Of a stretch of DNA of 15,102 nucleotides, positions 1 through 8,453 are shown in pieces. The notes under the pieces were generated by a model. That model saw only the letters and a program-made list of their open reading frames with translations, ran no database searches and had not been told where the DNA came from. Position numbers and translations under genes: made by a program. Every line of letters starts with the position of its first letter. Position 1 is the stretch's first letter. Source of the DNA: Verrucomicrobiota bacterium (GTDB lineage Bacteria > Verrucomicrobiota > Verrucomicrobiia > Limisphaerales > CANJXF01); NCBI GenBank assembly GCA_038214755.1, contig JBBQRQ010000116.1, positions 1-15,102 on the forward strand. The letters are read 5' to 3'.

Positions 1-73
1 GCTGGGTTGGGCGGTGGCAGAGTTGGCGGCGCGGTCGAAGGGTGACACAAGAAAGATTCGGATAGCGCAACGG
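1..73 (+). repeat. 73-bp exact direct repeat, copy 1 (identical to 15030-15102)
   Basis: gctgggttgggcggtggcagag...gatagcgcaacgg matches the last 73 bases of the window base for base. Confidence 0.98.
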
Positions 74-214
74 TTGCGGACGGAGACGGCCGTGACGTTG
101 AAATGGATTGCAGCACAGTTGCACATGGGGACGTGGACTCATGTCGCCAACTGTTTGCAAAAGACGAAGAACAAAAGTCAATTGAACCAACACGATAAAC
201 TCAGATTGGTGTAA
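2..214 (+). pseudogene. C-terminal part of the RAYT-like transposase (helix-turn-helix-like tail)
   Basis: Reads LGWAVAELAARSKGDTRKIRIAQRLRTETAVTLKWIAAQLHMGTWTHVANCL...LRLV*. It is in frame with 14764-15102 across the terminal repeat. The segment LKWIAAQLHMGTWTHVANCL is HTH-like, recognised from memory of the family rather than by a search. Confidence 0.75.
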
Positions 215-238
215 ATACTCCGGACTGACCCCTTTATA
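215..238 (-). repeat. 24-bp inverted repeat (right end of element)
   Basis: atactccggactgacccctttata. Its reverse complement tataaaggggtcagtccggagtat matches 14488-14511 (tataaaggggtcagtccgtagtat) at 23/24 positions. Confidence 0.93.
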
Positions 239-458
239 AAGCTACAAAATGATTCCTCCCGGGAGAGGTTAGATGAATTGGAAGCAACCGCAAAATCACC
301 TCACCCAAAAAAATAAGGAGCTTATTGCAAAATGGATTCTTCTTTTGACCTTGTTATTTCCCGTGTTGTCGGCACAACCTATGTCTTCATCGGCCCCCTT
401 CCAACTCGCAAACGTTCCTTCGTCTGGCAATGATGGGCTGATATGGCAGAGTAAAATT

Positions 459-1691
459 ATGATTTCAAATCCATGGGCGGCAGGCGCTGTGGGAACAACT
501 ATTTTGTTGATTTCGCTCTTCGCACCCATGTTGACGACCGCGGATGATTGGCCGCATTGGCGCGGCCCGCAACGGAACGGAATTTCGGCTGAAAAAGGCT
601 GGAGTTCCAATTGGCCGAAGGATGGTCCGGCCATTGTTTGGAAAGCCTCCGTGGGATTGGGCTTTTCCTCGGTTTCAATCGCCAATGGGCGGGCAGTGAC
701 GATGGGTAATGCAGACGGGCAGGACACTGTCTTTTGCCTCGATGCGAAGTCGGGGAAGGAGATTTGGAAACATAGTTATCCGGCGGAACTGGGGGATAAG
801 TTTTTCGAAGGCGGTACTACCGGAACACCGACTGTGGATGGCGGTCGCGCATTTACATTGAGCCGATGGGGGGATATTTTTTGTTTTGAGGCGGATTCGG
901 GAAAGATAGTGTGGAATCGGAATCTGGCGAAAGAGACCGGCGCGCGGGTGCCAGCCTGGGGGTTTGGCGGCTCTCCTGCTGTTCATGAGAACATGCTCCT
1001 GCTGAATGTCGGTGAAGCCGGAATGGCTCTCGACAAGGCTACCGGGAAGACGATCTGGCAATCTGCGCAAAAGGACGCGGGTTATTCCACTCCGTTGCCG
1101 GTCCGGGAAAATGGGAAGTGGGTGGTGTTGCTGGGCTCGGAAAAATCCTATCTGGGGGTGGCCCTCCAGTCCGGCAAGGAGCGATGGCGGATGAAATGGC
1201 TCACGGAATACGGCGTCAACGCTTCGGACCCTATCCCGGATGGCGACCGCGTTTTTATTTCGAGCGGCTACGGGAAGGGTGCGGTACTGCTCAAGATCAC
1301 GGAGCAAGCTGAGCCTGAGGTGATTTGGAAAAGCAAGGTGCTGAAGACGCAGTTGAACACGTCAGTGCTATTGGATGACTATCTCTATGGCCTGGATGGT
1401 GACGCGGGAGACGACGCACCGCTCAAATGCGTAGAGTACGCCACGGGAATCGAGAAGTGGGCTTATCCGCACATGGGCACAGGCGGGCTAATCGCTGCGG
1501 ACGGAAAGCTTATTGTGACAGGATCGAGAGGCGAGCTTTTCATTTTTGCAGCAAGTTCTGCTGAGCCGAAAGCTCTGGCGCGGGCGCAGGTCATGGGCGG
1601 AAAATGCTGGACGGCGCCCGTGCTGGCGAACGGACTCATTTATTGCCGGAATTCGCGGGGAGACATCGCGTGCGTGGATGTGCATAAATAA
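459..1691 (+). CDS. Exported PQQ-binding-like beta-propeller protein (BamB/PQQ_2 repeat family, PVC type)
   Basis: A signal-like segment is followed by DWPHWRGPQRNGIS, repeated W-containing blades (CLDAKSGKEIWK, FEADSGKIVWN, ALDKATGKTIWQ) and a C-terminal CWTAPVLANGLIYCRN. The ORF is open from ATG 273, but ATG 459 gives the family-typical N-terminus, so the start is uncertain. Confidence 0.85.
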   Translation: MISNPWAAGAVGTTILLISLFAPMLTTADDWPHWRGPQRNGISAEKGWSSNWPKDGPAIVWKASVGLGFSSVSIANGRAVTMGNADGQDTVFCLDAKSGKEIWKHSYPAELGDKFFEGGTTGTPTVDGGRAFTLSRWGDIFCFEADSGKIVWNRNLAKETGARVPAWGFGGSPAVHENMLLLNVGEAGMALDKATGKTIWQSAQKDAGYSTPLPVRENGKWVVLLGSEKSYLGVALQSGKERWRMKWLTEYGVNASDPIPDGDRVFISSGYGKGAVLLKITEQAEPEVIWKSKVLKTQLNTSVLLDDYLYGLDGDAGDDAPLKCVEYATGIEKWAYPHMGTGGLIAADGKLIVTGSRGELFIFAASSAEPKALARAQVMGGKCWTAPVLANGLIYCRNSRGDIACVDVHK

Positions 1692-1697
1692 AGAGCT

Positions 1698-3014
1698 ATG
1701 AACCGACGACGATTCCTGAAGAACTCGATGGCGGCGGGCTTGGCGCTGGGTGCCACGCCATACGTTATCGCGCAGCAGCCCGAACGCAAATTCCGGACCG
1801 CGTTGATCGGTTCGGGTTGGTGGGGAAAGAATGTTTTAAAGGCAGCGATGGCCTCGGAACGTTGCAAGGTGACAGCGCTCTGCGATGTGTCGACTTCGAT
1901 ACTGGAAGTGGCCGGCGATCAGGTGAACGATTTGAGCGGGGAGAAACCAAAGCTCTTTGGCGACCATCGCGAATTGCTGGAGAAGGCGAAGCCGGAGGTG
2001 GTCATCATTGCCACCCCGGATCACTGGCATGCGTTGCAAACTATCGACGCACTAAAGGCGGGTGCGCATGTGTATGTCGAGAAACCAACGGGGCACACGG
2101 TGAACGAGAGCCGGGCAATGTTGAAGGCCGCGCAGGACAGCAGGCGGATGGTACAGGTGGGATTGCATCGCCGGGTCGGGCCGCATCACGTCAGTGGAAT
2201 GAAGTTTCTCAAGTCGGGAGCGATTGGAGAAGTTGGGATGGTGCGGTTGTTCGCCGATAGCGGGGGCGGCCGGGAGCGGCCCAGCGCTAACAGCGAACCG
2301 CCCGAGGGGATGAACTGGAATCTCTGGTGCGGTCCTGCGCCGTTGCGACCCTTCAACACGAAGATTCATCCGGGCGGGTGGCGGCATTTCCTCGATTACG
2401 CGAACGGGACGCTAGGCGATTGGGGAGTGCATTGGCTGGATCAGGTTTTGTGGTGGAATGACGGAAAATATCCGAAGCGAATTTATTGCACCGGCGGGAG
2501 ACCTATTGCTGGCCCGGCGGTGCTTAATGCCAAGGAGCAGACGACAGATGCGCCAGATCATCAGGTCGCGACTTACGAATTCGAGAATTTCACCTGCACG
2601 TGGGAACATCGCCACTTCGCCGAGAACAACACGGAGAAGCACCAGATTGGCGCTTACTTCTATGGCACGAAGGGCGTGGTGCACATCGGCTGGCGCGATG
2701 GATGGACGTTCTACCCAACTAACAACCGGGACAAGACTGTGCATGAAGACTCACAGCTTGAGGAGCCTGATGGACACAATATCAAACTGCTCTGGGCGGA
2801 CTTCATGGACGCGATTGATCAGAAGCGCGCGTCGGCGGCGGGAATTGAAATCGGCCACCGGGCGTCAGTGCTGCCCTTGCTTGGCATGGTCTCATGGAAG
2901 CTCGGACGCAGCATCCAATGGGACGGCGCGAAGGAACAAGTGATGGACGATGCCAAAGCGACAGAACTTCTTAGTCGGACTTACCGGGCACCTTGGCACT
3001 ATCCCGCGGTCTGA
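1698..3014 (+). CDS. Gfo/Idh/MocA family NAD(P)-dependent oxidoreductase with Tat signal
   Basis: Twin-arginine leader MNRRRFLK, Rossmann motif ALIGSGWWG, IATPDHWHA, HVYVEKP, WCGPAP and DWGVHWLD. Starts 6 bp after the upstream stop, suggesting an operon. Confidence 0.93.
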   Translation: MNRRRFLKNSMAAGLALGATPYVIAQQPERKFRTALIGSGWWGKNVLKAAMASERCKVTALCDVSTSILEVAGDQVNDLSGEKPKLFGDHRELLEKAKPEVVIIATPDHWHALQTIDALKAGAHVYVEKPTGHTVNESRAMLKAAQDSRRMVQVGLHRRVGPHHVSGMKFLKSGAIGEVGMVRLFADSGGGRERPSANSEPPEGMNWNLWCGPAPLRPFNTKIHPGGWRHFLDYANGTLGDWGVHWLDQVLWWNDGKYPKRIYCTGGRPIAGPAVLNAKEQTTDAPDHQVATYEFENFTCTWEHRHFAENNTEKHQIGAYFYGTKGVVHIGWRDGWTFYPTNNRDKTVHEDSQLEEPDGHNIKLLWADFMDAIDQKRASAAGIEIGHRASVLPLLGMVSWKLGRSIQWDGAKEQVMDDAKATELLSRTYRAPWHYPAV

Positions 3015-3069
3015 TCCGTTAATGGAGTTGTATATTGTAAGAGCTAATTTCAAGCTGTCTCGTTGTCTT

Positions 3070-3295
3070 GAGCCGCCGTGCCGGATTCTCTTGCTGCTCA
3101 ATGCCATCAAACGACTCTTCGCATCTTTCACGAAATAGCGCACCCCGGGAAGTTAGTCGAAAGCCTCGATCAATTGCCGGGGATTGATCAGTTGCGAAAG
3201 AAATAGTCACGCAGCCGAAGCTGTTGGGCGAGCGGGCGCGTTTTTGTCGGAACCGGCCGAACCAATTTTTTCCTGGTAGACGAGGACCGTTTCAT
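3070..3295 (-). pseudogene. Degraded 5' remnant of a probable PAS-domain AraC-family regulator
   Basis: From ATG 3295 it reads MKRSSSTRKKLVRPVPTKTRPLAQQLRLRDYFF, then after a frameshift near 3195 QLINPRQLIEAFD*LPGVRYFVKDAKSRLMALS. The pattern FDxLPxVxxFVKDxxxR is typical of PAS-fold N-termini of PVC AraC regulators. There is an internal TAA at 3153-3155 and no HTH follows. The lower boundary is approximate. Confidence 0.5.
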
Positions 3296-3302
3296 GCCGG
3301 GC

Positions 3303-5093
3303 TTAATCCTGTTTTATTTCGTCGAAGCGGGCGCCGGTGAAATCCAGTTGGTAAACCATGCCTTCATAGCCGACAGCGTAAAGATTGCCTGCTTCATCGT
3401 CGCTGAACGAAACAAGCCCCTGCGGAACGACCCCGATTTGTCGCACTGTTTTCAATTCGCCTTTCTCCTGCGTCACTCCGAAAATGCGCTTCGACACGTA
3501 ATCACCGCATAAATAAACGCCATAGAAGGAAGATTTTTTATCGCCGCGATAGACGTGGCCGCCCGTAATGGAATTTCCATATTTTCGTTTATAGGCAAAC
3601 ACCGGCGCAGTGAAATTCCGCCCTTCTTTTCGAAACTGGTTCGAGAATGGTTCGAATGCCTCATAGACATTCCAGCCGTAGTTCTCGCCGCGATGTACAA
3701 TATCCACTTCTTCGACGCGATCCTGACCCACATCTGCCAGCCAAAGATCGCCGGTGACACGATCGAAGCTGAAGCGCCACGGATTGCGAAAACCGTATGC
3801 CCAGATTTCCGGCCGCGCATCACTCCGCCCGCGAAAAGGGTTATCAGACGGAATGGCGTAGGCGTTCCCATTTTCGCTGTGGTCCACGTCGATTCGCATC
3901 AGCTTCCCGAGCAACAGTTCCAAATTTTGCGCGTGCCCATTCGGGTCGTTGTGCGGCCCGGTGTCGCCCATGACAATGTAGAGAAACCCATCCGGCCCAA
4001 ATTGCAGGCAACCGCCGCTGTGATCTTCCGCGACGCTGACGAATTTTATAATGCGGCGCGGCGCCTTCCCTGAATCGGTTTTGAAATCCGCATCGAACTG
4101 CTTCTCCACGATGATGGTGCAAACCTTGCCGTCCTCGAACACCTGGTATTTCAGGTAGAATTTCCGATTCTCGCGAAACCTGGGATGGAACGTCATGTCC
4201 AGCAAACCGTTTGGTCCGCGGTCGCTGAATACCTCGTCAGTCAAATCAGCAAATACCGATTTCTCCTCTCCGGCGGCGGTCTTTTCCATCTTCCAAATCA
4301 TCCCCTTTTGATGCAGCACGAGGAAAACGTTCGTTAGTCCCGGGAGTTGCCGCAAGGACGTCAACCCGGTTTGCTGTTTCCCGCGAGGCAACTTCAACTC
4401 CTGCGAAAAAAAAGGTCTGACGGCAATGGGCTTCGCGATTTGCGGAATAACGCTCGGCATGCCGTGATTACTCGCGAGCGTGCTTTCCGGTTGCTGCAAG
4501 GTCGCCAGGTACTCAATCAAATCAGTGAACTCACGTTGCGACAAACCGGCCTGCAATCCTTCTGGCATCAGTGAAACAGCGCTTCCCCGCTGCTCTTTGA
4601 TATCAGCGGCAGCGATCGAAACCAATTGCCCATCGGCCCCCATCAATTGCACTCCGGCGTCATTCGACTGCTTGAGGATGCCCTGGTATTCCGCTCCCGC
4701 TTTCGTTTCCACTATGACGGTGCCGTACCCCGGAGAAATTGTGGCTGAGGGCATCAAGACCGCATCCACCAGATCGCGCCGCCCGAACTTGTCCCCCACT
4801 GCGAACAAATCCGGCCCTGCTTTGCTGGCGCGGCCATCCACCGAATGGCACTTCGAGCATGCCAGCTTCTGCTCGTCCGCGAACAATCTCGCGCCACGCG
4901 CGACATCCCCCTCGTGGGTCAGCGCATACTTGCGATAAGACTCCAGGTTTGAACTGACGGCGGGACCTCCAGCGGTTGGGGCTTGAGCGACGATGGGACG
5001 TTCAGCCGCCCACAAAGCCAGCGGTATTGTAAAAATAAGGAGGTGTTTGGTGATGGCTTTCAATTGATGGACAAGGGTGAGGAGTTTGACCAT
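3303..5093 (-). CDS. Exported heme-c domain + glucose/sorbosone dehydrogenase (GSDH-type beta-propeller) fusion protein
   Basis: N-terminal PVC-type heme domain (GDVARGARLF, CSKCH, GPDL, PSATISPGY, SLMPEGL). C-terminal GSDH motifs: GLLDMTFHPRF, HSGGCLQFGPDGFLYIVMGD, GKLMRIDVD, IPSDNPF, EIWAYGFRNPWRFSFD, GENYGW. Confidence 0.9.
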   Translation of the reverse strand: MVKLLTLVHQLKAITKHLLIFTIPLALWAAERPIVAQAPTAGGPAVSSNLESYRKYALTHEGDVARGARLFADEQKLACSKCHSVDGRASKAGPDLFAVGDKFGRRDLVDAVLMPSATISPGYGTVIVETKAGAEYQGILKQSNDAGVQLMGADGQLVSIAAADIKEQRGSAVSLMPEGLQAGLSQREFTDLIEYLATLQQPESTLASNHGMPSVIPQIAKPIAVRPFFSQELKLPRGKQQTGLTSLRQLPGLTNVFLVLHQKGMIWKMEKTAAGEEKSVFADLTDEVFSDRGPNGLLDMTFHPRFRENRKFYLKYQVFEDGKVCTIIVEKQFDADFKTDSGKAPRRIIKFVSVAEDHSGGCLQFGPDGFLYIVMGDTGPHNDPNGHAQNLELLLGKLMRIDVDHSENGNAYAIPSDNPFRGRSDARPEIWAYGFRNPWRFSFDRVTGDLWLADVGQDRVEEVDIVHRGENYGWNVYEAFEPFSNQFRKEGRNFTAPVFAYKRKYGNSITGGHVYRGDKKSSFYGVYLCGDYVSKRIFGVTQEKGELKTVRQIGVVPQGLVSFSDDEAGNLYAVGYEGMVYQLDFTGARFDEIKQD

Positions 5094-5154
5094 CGGAGGT
5101 CAAGTCTCCAAGCGTCGCATTGCCAAAATTCATGAGCCGTGGTTCGGCACGTGG

Positions 5155-5173
5155 TAGAGAAAAATTTTCACTA
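5155..5173. promoter_or_regulatory. Candidate operator palindrome in the divergent intergenic region
   Basis: tagagaaaaattttcacta has 8 of 9 arm positions complementary around a central A. It sits between the divergent starts at 5093 (-) and 5208 (+). Confidence 0.35.
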
Positions 5174-5207
5174 GCGAAGACAGGCTGGACAAGGTAGGAA
5201 TTGTGTC

Positions 5208-6293
5208 ATGCAAATTTCTTTCTGCCGACTCGCTCTCGTTTCTTTGATTGCTTCCGTTTTCCTCAATTCAGTTCACGCACAGACGTTGAAACGGGTCGAG
5301 CAGGCTGATTTTGGGAAAACCCAGGATGGCTCCGAAGTAAAGCTAATCACCCTCCGGAACTCCAAAGGCCTGAGCGCCCAGATCATTACCTATGGGGCAA
5401 TCATCAAAGAGCTTCATGCCCCTGATCGGAATGGAAATTTCACAAACATTTTGCTCACGACCGACAGTTTGCAACGATTCCAACGCGGTTTTAACGGCGC
5501 CGCTGCCGTCATTGGCCGGGTGGTCAACCGGATCGGAGGCGCGCAATTTGAACTGGACGGAACGACTTATAAATTGACCGTGAACGAAAAGAAAAACACC
5601 ATTCATGGCGGGCGCAAGGGTTTCGCCCAGTCGGTATGGACGGTCGAAGACGCTCCGATCAAAAGCAACGAGTCGTCAGTGAAGCTGACTTACCTAAGCA
5701 AAGATGGCGAGGAAGGTTTCCCGGGCAACCTGAAGACCTCCGTGATCTACTCTTTAACGGACAACAACGAACTCCGGATTGACTATGAAGCCGAGACCGA
5801 CAAACCCACCATTGCGAATCTAACCAATCATGCTTACTGGAATCTGGCTGGCGGCGGGAGCTGCCTCGATAACATCTTATGGATACCATCCGAGAGCTAC
5901 ACTCCGGCCGACGCTGAGTTAATTCCGACAGGAAAGATACTGCCGCTCAAAGGCACACTCATGGACTTCAACCAACCGACCCGCGTTGGGGATCGCATCG
6001 AGCAGTTGAAGCCGAAGATGAACGGCTATGACCACAATTACATCCTGGGTGAAGGAAAGGCCATGAAGATAGCTGCCCGGCTTACTGAACCTAAAAGCGG
6101 CCGCATCATGGAAGTGCGAACCACCCAGCCCGCGGTGCAACTCTACACGGGAAACCATTTAGGACATACCGCAGTTTGCCTGGAGACGCAGCATTATCCC
6201 GATGCCATCCATCATACGAACTTCCCGTCAATCGTGGTCAGGCCCGGGGAGCCGTGGAAAGAGACTACCCTGTTTACTTTTCTGGCGAAGTAG
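5208..6293 (+). CDS. galM: Aldose 1-epimerase (galactose mutarotase family) with signal peptide
   Basis: Motifs IGRVVNRIG, NTIHGG, DGEEGFPGNL, NLTNHAYWNL, GYDHNY and CLETQHYPD, with the catalytic His and Glu motifs present. N-terminal signal peptide ends ...SVHA. Confidence 0.93.
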   Translation: MQISFCRLALVSLIASVFLNSVHAQTLKRVEQADFGKTQDGSEVKLITLRNSKGLSAQIITYGAIIKELHAPDRNGNFTNILLTTDSLQRFQRGFNGAAAVIGRVVNRIGGAQFELDGTTYKLTVNEKKNTIHGGRKGFAQSVWTVEDAPIKSNESSVKLTYLSKDGEEGFPGNLKTSVIYSLTDNNELRIDYEAETDKPTIANLTNHAYWNLAGGGSCLDNILWIPSESYTPADAELIPTGKILPLKGTLMDFNQPTRVGDRIEQLKPKMNGYDHNYILGEGKAMKIAARLTEPKSGRIMEVRTTQPAVQLYTGNHLGHTAVCLETQHYPDAIHHTNFPSIVVRPGEPWKETTLFTFLAK

Positions 6294-6340
6294 GCCGACA
6301 AGAATCTGAATACCTCCAACTCACGCACAAACATCACAAC

Positions 6341-7456
6341 ATGAAAAACAGAACACTCCTTTCTGCGCCACTCGTCGCAATCTTCCTTGCCGGAATTCCG
6401 CCGGCACCCGCGGTCGACATGCCGCTGCCGCGAAGCACGCCGGAGTCCCAAGGAATTTCGTCCCAGGCCATTCGAGAATTTGTCGAAGCGGCTGATAAGA
6501 TCAATACGCTGCACAGCGTCATGGTCGTGCGACACGGCCACGTCATTGCCGAGGGCTGGTGGAAACCTGAAGCTGCGGACAAACCGCATGTGTTGCACTC
6601 GCTGACCAAGAGCTTCAACTCGACCGGCGTTGGACTGGCCATAGAAGACGGCAGATTAAGCCTGGATGATCATGTGCTGAAGTTTTTTCCCCATGATTTG
6701 CCGGACGATCCTTCTGATAACCTCAAGGCCATGACCGTGCGCGACCTTCTCACCATGACCTGCGGCCACGACACCGAGCCGAAGTCCATAGGCGGGGCAC
6801 CGTCGGTGAAACAGTTTTTGGCCCATCCCGTCCTGCACAAGCCCGGCACGCATTTTCAATACAACAGCATGGGCAGTTACATGCTATCGGCCATTGTCAC
6901 CAAGGTTACCGGCCAGACCGAACTGGAATATCTGAAGCCGCGATTGTTTGAGCCATTGGGCATCGAAAATCCCACATGGGCAACCAGTCCCGAAGGTAAT
7001 TCAATAGGCGGGAGCGGCCTGTTCCTTCGCACGGAAGACATCGCAAAATTTGGCCAGCTTTATCTGCAAAAAGGAAAGTGGAATGGAAAGCAATTGATCC
7101 CACAAAAATGGGTCGCACAGGCCACGAGCAAGCAGGTGCCAAATGACCAGGAATCCCACACCAAAATCGGCCCGGATTGGAAACAAGGCTATGGCTTTCA
7201 ATTCTGGCAATGTACCCATAATGCTTTTCGGGGTGACGGTGCTGCCGGTCAATTCTGCGTCATGATTCCCGAAATGGATGCTGTAATCGCCATCACGGCG
7301 GACACGGGCAACATGCAAGGTGAGTTGAATGTAATCTGGGAAAAACTGTTGCCCGCCTTCCAAGCCGATACGTTACCGGCTGATGCCGCCGGTCAAGAGA
7401 AGTTGAAGCTAGTAATGGCTAAGCTGGAAGCTCACCCGGTGAAAAAGGAAAAGTGA
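6341..7456 (+). CDS. Serine hydrolase, beta-lactamase class C/AmpC-like family, exported
   Basis: SxxK motif (HSLTKS), DLLTMTCG, PGTHFQYNS, GYGFQFW and AFRGDGAAGQF. ATG 6341 gives the signal peptide MKNRTLLSAPLVAIFLAG. The longer ORF start at 6176 overlaps galM. Confidence 0.88.
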   Translation: MKNRTLLSAPLVAIFLAGIPPAPAVDMPLPRSTPESQGISSQAIREFVEAADKINTLHSVMVVRHGHVIAEGWWKPEAADKPHVLHSLTKSFNSTGVGLAIEDGRLSLDDHVLKFFPHDLPDDPSDNLKAMTVRDLLTMTCGHDTEPKSIGGAPSVKQFLAHPVLHKPGTHFQYNSMGSYMLSAIVTKVTGQTELEYLKPRLFEPLGIENPTWATSPEGNSIGGSGLFLRTEDIAKFGQLYLQKGKWNGKQLIPQKWVAQATSKQVPNDQESHTKIGPDWKQGYGFQFWQCTHNAFRGDGAAGQFCVMIPEMDAVIAITADTGNMQGELNVIWEKLLPAFQADTLPADAAGQEKLKLVMAKLEAHPVKKEK

Positions 7457-7506
7457 TTTCGGGCGCTCGCGTTGTGCAACCATGCCCCATTGAGTATTCT
7501 ACCACC

Positions 7507-8403
7507 ATGAAATATTTATCTGTTTTATTTACGGGCCTTGTTGCCTTCGGCTTCGCCGCGCAGGCTGCTGATGATGCTATCATCGCTGAAGGAGCGAAGG
7601 TAGAAGTTCTGAGCGAAGGCTACTCGTTTACGGAAGGCCCCGCTGTCGATCGCGATGGCAACGTGTTCTTCACCGATCAGCCGAACGACCGCATCGTAAA
7701 ATACAACGCGGCAGACGGTTCATTTTCCGATTGGCTCAAGCCTGCGGGCCGCAGCAACGGAACCAAATTCGACCAGGCGGGAAACCTCCTCGCTTGCGCG
7801 GATGAGAAGAATGAACTCTGGTCCATTTCGCCCGACAAAAAAGTCACGGTGTTGATCAAAAATTTCGGCGGCAAATTGTTGAATGGCCCGAACGATCTGT
7901 GGATTCGACCCGACGGCAATCTCTATTTCACAGATCCGCTTTATGCCCGCGATTATTGGAAACGCGACAAAGCGATGCAGCAACCGGGAAAATACGTTTA
8001 CTACTTCGACCTGAAATCGAAGGTGGCAAAGCCCGCGGCTACAGACTTGAAAGAACCCAATGGAATTGCCGGCACGTCCGACGGAAATACGCTTTACGTG
8101 GCTGACCTCGGCGCGAGAAAGACATATTCATACTCAGTCAAACCCGACGGCGCCTTGGAAAACAAAACTCTCTTCTGCGAAATGGGTTCGGACGGTATGA
8201 CGATTGATGCCGAGGGGAATGTTTATCTTACCGGACGCGGCGTGACTGTGTTCGACAACACCGGAAAGAAGCTGATGAACATCCCAATCCCCGAACCCTG
8301 GACTGGCAACGTGACCTTCGCCGGCAAAGATCGTCACTTGCTATTCATCACGGCGAGCAAAAAAGTGTACGGCGTTAAGATGCGGGTCAAGGGTGCTCAC
8401 TGA
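7507..8403 (+). CDS. SMP-30/gluconolactonase/LRE family protein, exported
   Basis: Motifs FTEGPA, FFTDQPND, LNGPNDL, YFTDP, PNGIAG, GSDGMTIDAEGNVY and NVTFAG. ATG 7507 gives the signal peptide MKYLSVLFTGLVAFGFAAQA. Confidence 0.92.
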   Translation: MKYLSVLFTGLVAFGFAAQAADDAIIAEGAKVEVLSEGYSFTEGPAVDRDGNVFFTDQPNDRIVKYNAADGSFSDWLKPAGRSNGTKFDQAGNLLACADEKNELWSISPDKKVTVLIKNFGGKLLNGPNDLWIRPDGNLYFTDPLYARDYWKRDKAMQQPGKYVYYFDLKSKVAKPAATDLKEPNGIAGTSDGNTLYVADLGARKTYSYSVKPDGALENKTLFCEMGSDGMTIDAEGNVYLTGRGVTVFDNTGKKLMNIPIPEPWTGNVTFAGKDRHLLFITASKKVYGVKMRVKGAH

Positions 8404-8453
8404 ACCATCGAAGGAGAGTTGTGCGCAAACCACCAGCAGACCAACACCGGGCA

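Larger units (their letters stand above)
1..238 (+). mobile_element. Right part of a RAYT-like (Y1 HUH transposase) element, ending in an inverted repeat
   Basis: Continues the transposase reading frame from the window's right end through the 73-bp overlap. The stop TAA at 212-214 is followed immediately by the inverted repeat at 215-238. Confidence 0.8.

Noticed and set aside
6341..7456. Antibiotic-resistance beta-lactamase carried on a mobile unit
   Set aside because: It has SxxK but YNS and RGDG in place of the YxN and KTG motifs of AmpC, which fits the broad esterase/amidase-like serine hydrolases. Resistance is not supported.
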